Shown one piece after another: positions 13,849-15,087 of a DNA stretch of 15,087 nt. This DNA is from a virus. Taxonomy: Duplodnaviria > Heunggongvirae > Uroviricota > Caudoviricetes. The DNA lies in IMG/VR virus record IMGVR_UViG_2698536392_000024, positions 1 through 15,087 of that record; one strand, written 5' to 3'. Position 1 is the stretch's first letter. Every line of letters starts with the position of its first letter. The translations under genes and the position numbers were made by a program. The notes under the pieces were generated by a model. That model worked only from the letters and a program-made list of their open reading frames with translations. It searched no databases and was not told where the DNA came from.

Positions 13849-15087
13849 TCAAGAGTTTTGGGTGCAAATTCGCGGGGTCATAACAACGATTTTTTCATCA
13901 TTGTTCTGGAGAAGCTCGAGACGGTCTACCCATAGATTAAGAGCATCACGTTTTGCATCAAGATAACGGGAGTGGTTATAGACTCGTTGCATCCCTGGCA
14001 TCTGGTGGGCTGTAAGCTGCTCGACAATATGCGGATCCACGCCTAAATCGTTCAGCATGGTTGTAAATGTGTGCCGGATATCGTGTAACGTCCAGGGGGC
14101 TTGATTAATTCGTTTGTGCGCTGTTCTTCCGTACTCTGCTACCGAAGATTGTCCTTTCAGTTCACCAAGCAATAAGCTCGTGTGTCTGTTCTGCTCCACC
14201 AGCTGCGTGACGAACGGCAAAATGTTTTCCGGTATTGGCCTGAATATGGCGACCTTCGTTTTGCTGTGCTCCTTCGGTACTGTCCAGAGCATTTCTTTAA
14301 AATCCCACTCCTGCACCTCAGAGCGCCTTAGCTCGGTGGTACGGCATCCAAAAACAATCAGGAGGCGAATTAGGGCGCTGTAGTATGGCGGGAATATTTT
14401 GTCATCCAGGGCGCGGAGTAATTCCCCAAGCTCCTTGTTTGTTAGTACGCGCTCGCTCACTTCTGCTTTTTTTCCCACATCACCGACAACCATATCATCA
14501 AGAACGTTGCTGATTGCGTATCGTCGTTTTCGGCAGTACTTAAGCGCCTGTTTGCATACCTGTAGCAAAAATCCGGCAGATACTGGGCTTCGCTTTGCCA
14601 TCTGGTCAAAACATGCCAACCAGTGCCGTAGCTCGCATTTTTCCAACGGCAAAGCGCCAATTTGGCTGATTATGTGTTTATTGATCCGGCTTTTCAGTGA
14701 TTCGTAGTCAGTGCGCTTTTCCTTTGCATACGATTCAAGCCAGTAAGTGAGCGCGTCCTTAACTGTCACGGGGGCTAACGCATCCTGTACAGCACGATTA
14801 AGCTCATAGCGCGGATTTTTCCCCTCAGCCAGCCAGGCGCGACACTGTGCTGCTTTTTCCCTGGCTGCTTTCAGGCTCAGATCGGGATAATTGCCCAGTC
14901 TCAGACGTTCCGGTGATACCTGCCTACCAGTTCCGGCCCTGTAAGTGAAATACCAGGTTAACAGGCCGCTGGTGGAATGTCTTACGCTAAGATTGCCACC
15001 GTCATTAAAAAAGGCGTTTTTTGTGGTTGGTGATCCGCTTAATTTTCGTAAAAGAGTGTCGCTAAGTCTATGAATTGCGCTGCTCAT
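13849..15087 (-). CDS. int: Tyrosine recombinase / phage integrase, P4-like family
   Basis: 412-aa ORF; C-terminal catalytic region with LHDIRHTFTT (HxxR) signature and downstream Tyr-containing segment; N-terminal arm-binding-like region. The start codon is the last 3 nt of the window, so the true N-terminus could lie beyond it. Confidence 0.9.
   Translation of the reverse strand: MSSAIHRLSDTLLRKLSGSPTTKNAFFNDGGNLSVRHSTSGLLTWYFTYRAGTGRQVSPERLRLGNYPDLSLKAAREKAAQCRAWLAEGKNPRYELNRAVQDALAPVTVKDALTYWLESYAKEKRTDYESLKSRINKHIISQIGALPLEKCELRHWLACFDQMAKRSPVSAGFLLQVCKQALKYCRKRRYAISNVLDDMVVGDVGKKAEVSERVLTNKELGELLRALDDKIFPPYYSALIRLLIVFGCRTTELRRSEVQEWDFKEMLWTVPKEHSKTKVAIFRPIPENILPFVTQLVEQNRHTSLLLGELKGQSSVAEYGRTAHKRINQAPWTLHDIRHTFTTMLNDLGVDPHIVEQLTAHQMPGMQRVYNHSRYLDAKRDALNLWVDRLELLQNNDEKIVVMTPRICTQNS

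Larger units (their letters stand above)
1027..15087 (-). mobile_element. Integrative phage satellite, P4-like / capsid-forming PICI-type; int at right edge, packaging module at left; true boundaries (att sites) not determinable from this window
   Basis: Co-linear minus-strand arrangement int - alpA - regulatory switch - small genes - primase/helicase - iteron ori - ssb operon - capsid - protease - portal - adaptors - HNH - TerS - TerL, with no tail genes. Confidence 0.6.

Overview
This 15.1-kb window is almost entirely one integrative phage-satellite-like element encoded on the minus strand, with Enterobacteriaceae-like sequence. Reading in the direction of transcription (high to low coordinates) it carries: a P4-type tyrosine integrase and AlpA at the right edge; a plus-strand ribbon-helix-helix (RHH) repressor candidate facing a divergent promoter with three TGGA(T/A)TCCA operator palindromes; a roughly 450-nt structured leader with an intrinsic terminator; three small translationally coupled genes; a P4-alpha/D5-like SF3 primase-helicase followed by a cluster of TGTTCACC iterons (P4-type origin); a small operon with SSB and a PerC-like regulator; then a complete HK97-type head and packaging module (major capsid, prohead protease, portal, two head-tail adaptor/connector proteins, HNH endonuclease, TerS, TerL) with no tail, lysis or tail-fibre genes. 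That content matches a capsid-forming, tail-stealing satellite (cf-PICI-like) built on a P4-like replication and regulation backbone. TerL and the primase-helicase each appear interrupted by a 1-nt frame change, so the element may be defective or the assembly may contain indels. The leftmost ~1 kb is non-coding, dense in palindromes, and contains a 132-bp tandem repeat. All calls rest on reading the sequence and the ORF track and on family signatures recalled from memory; no database search was possible.
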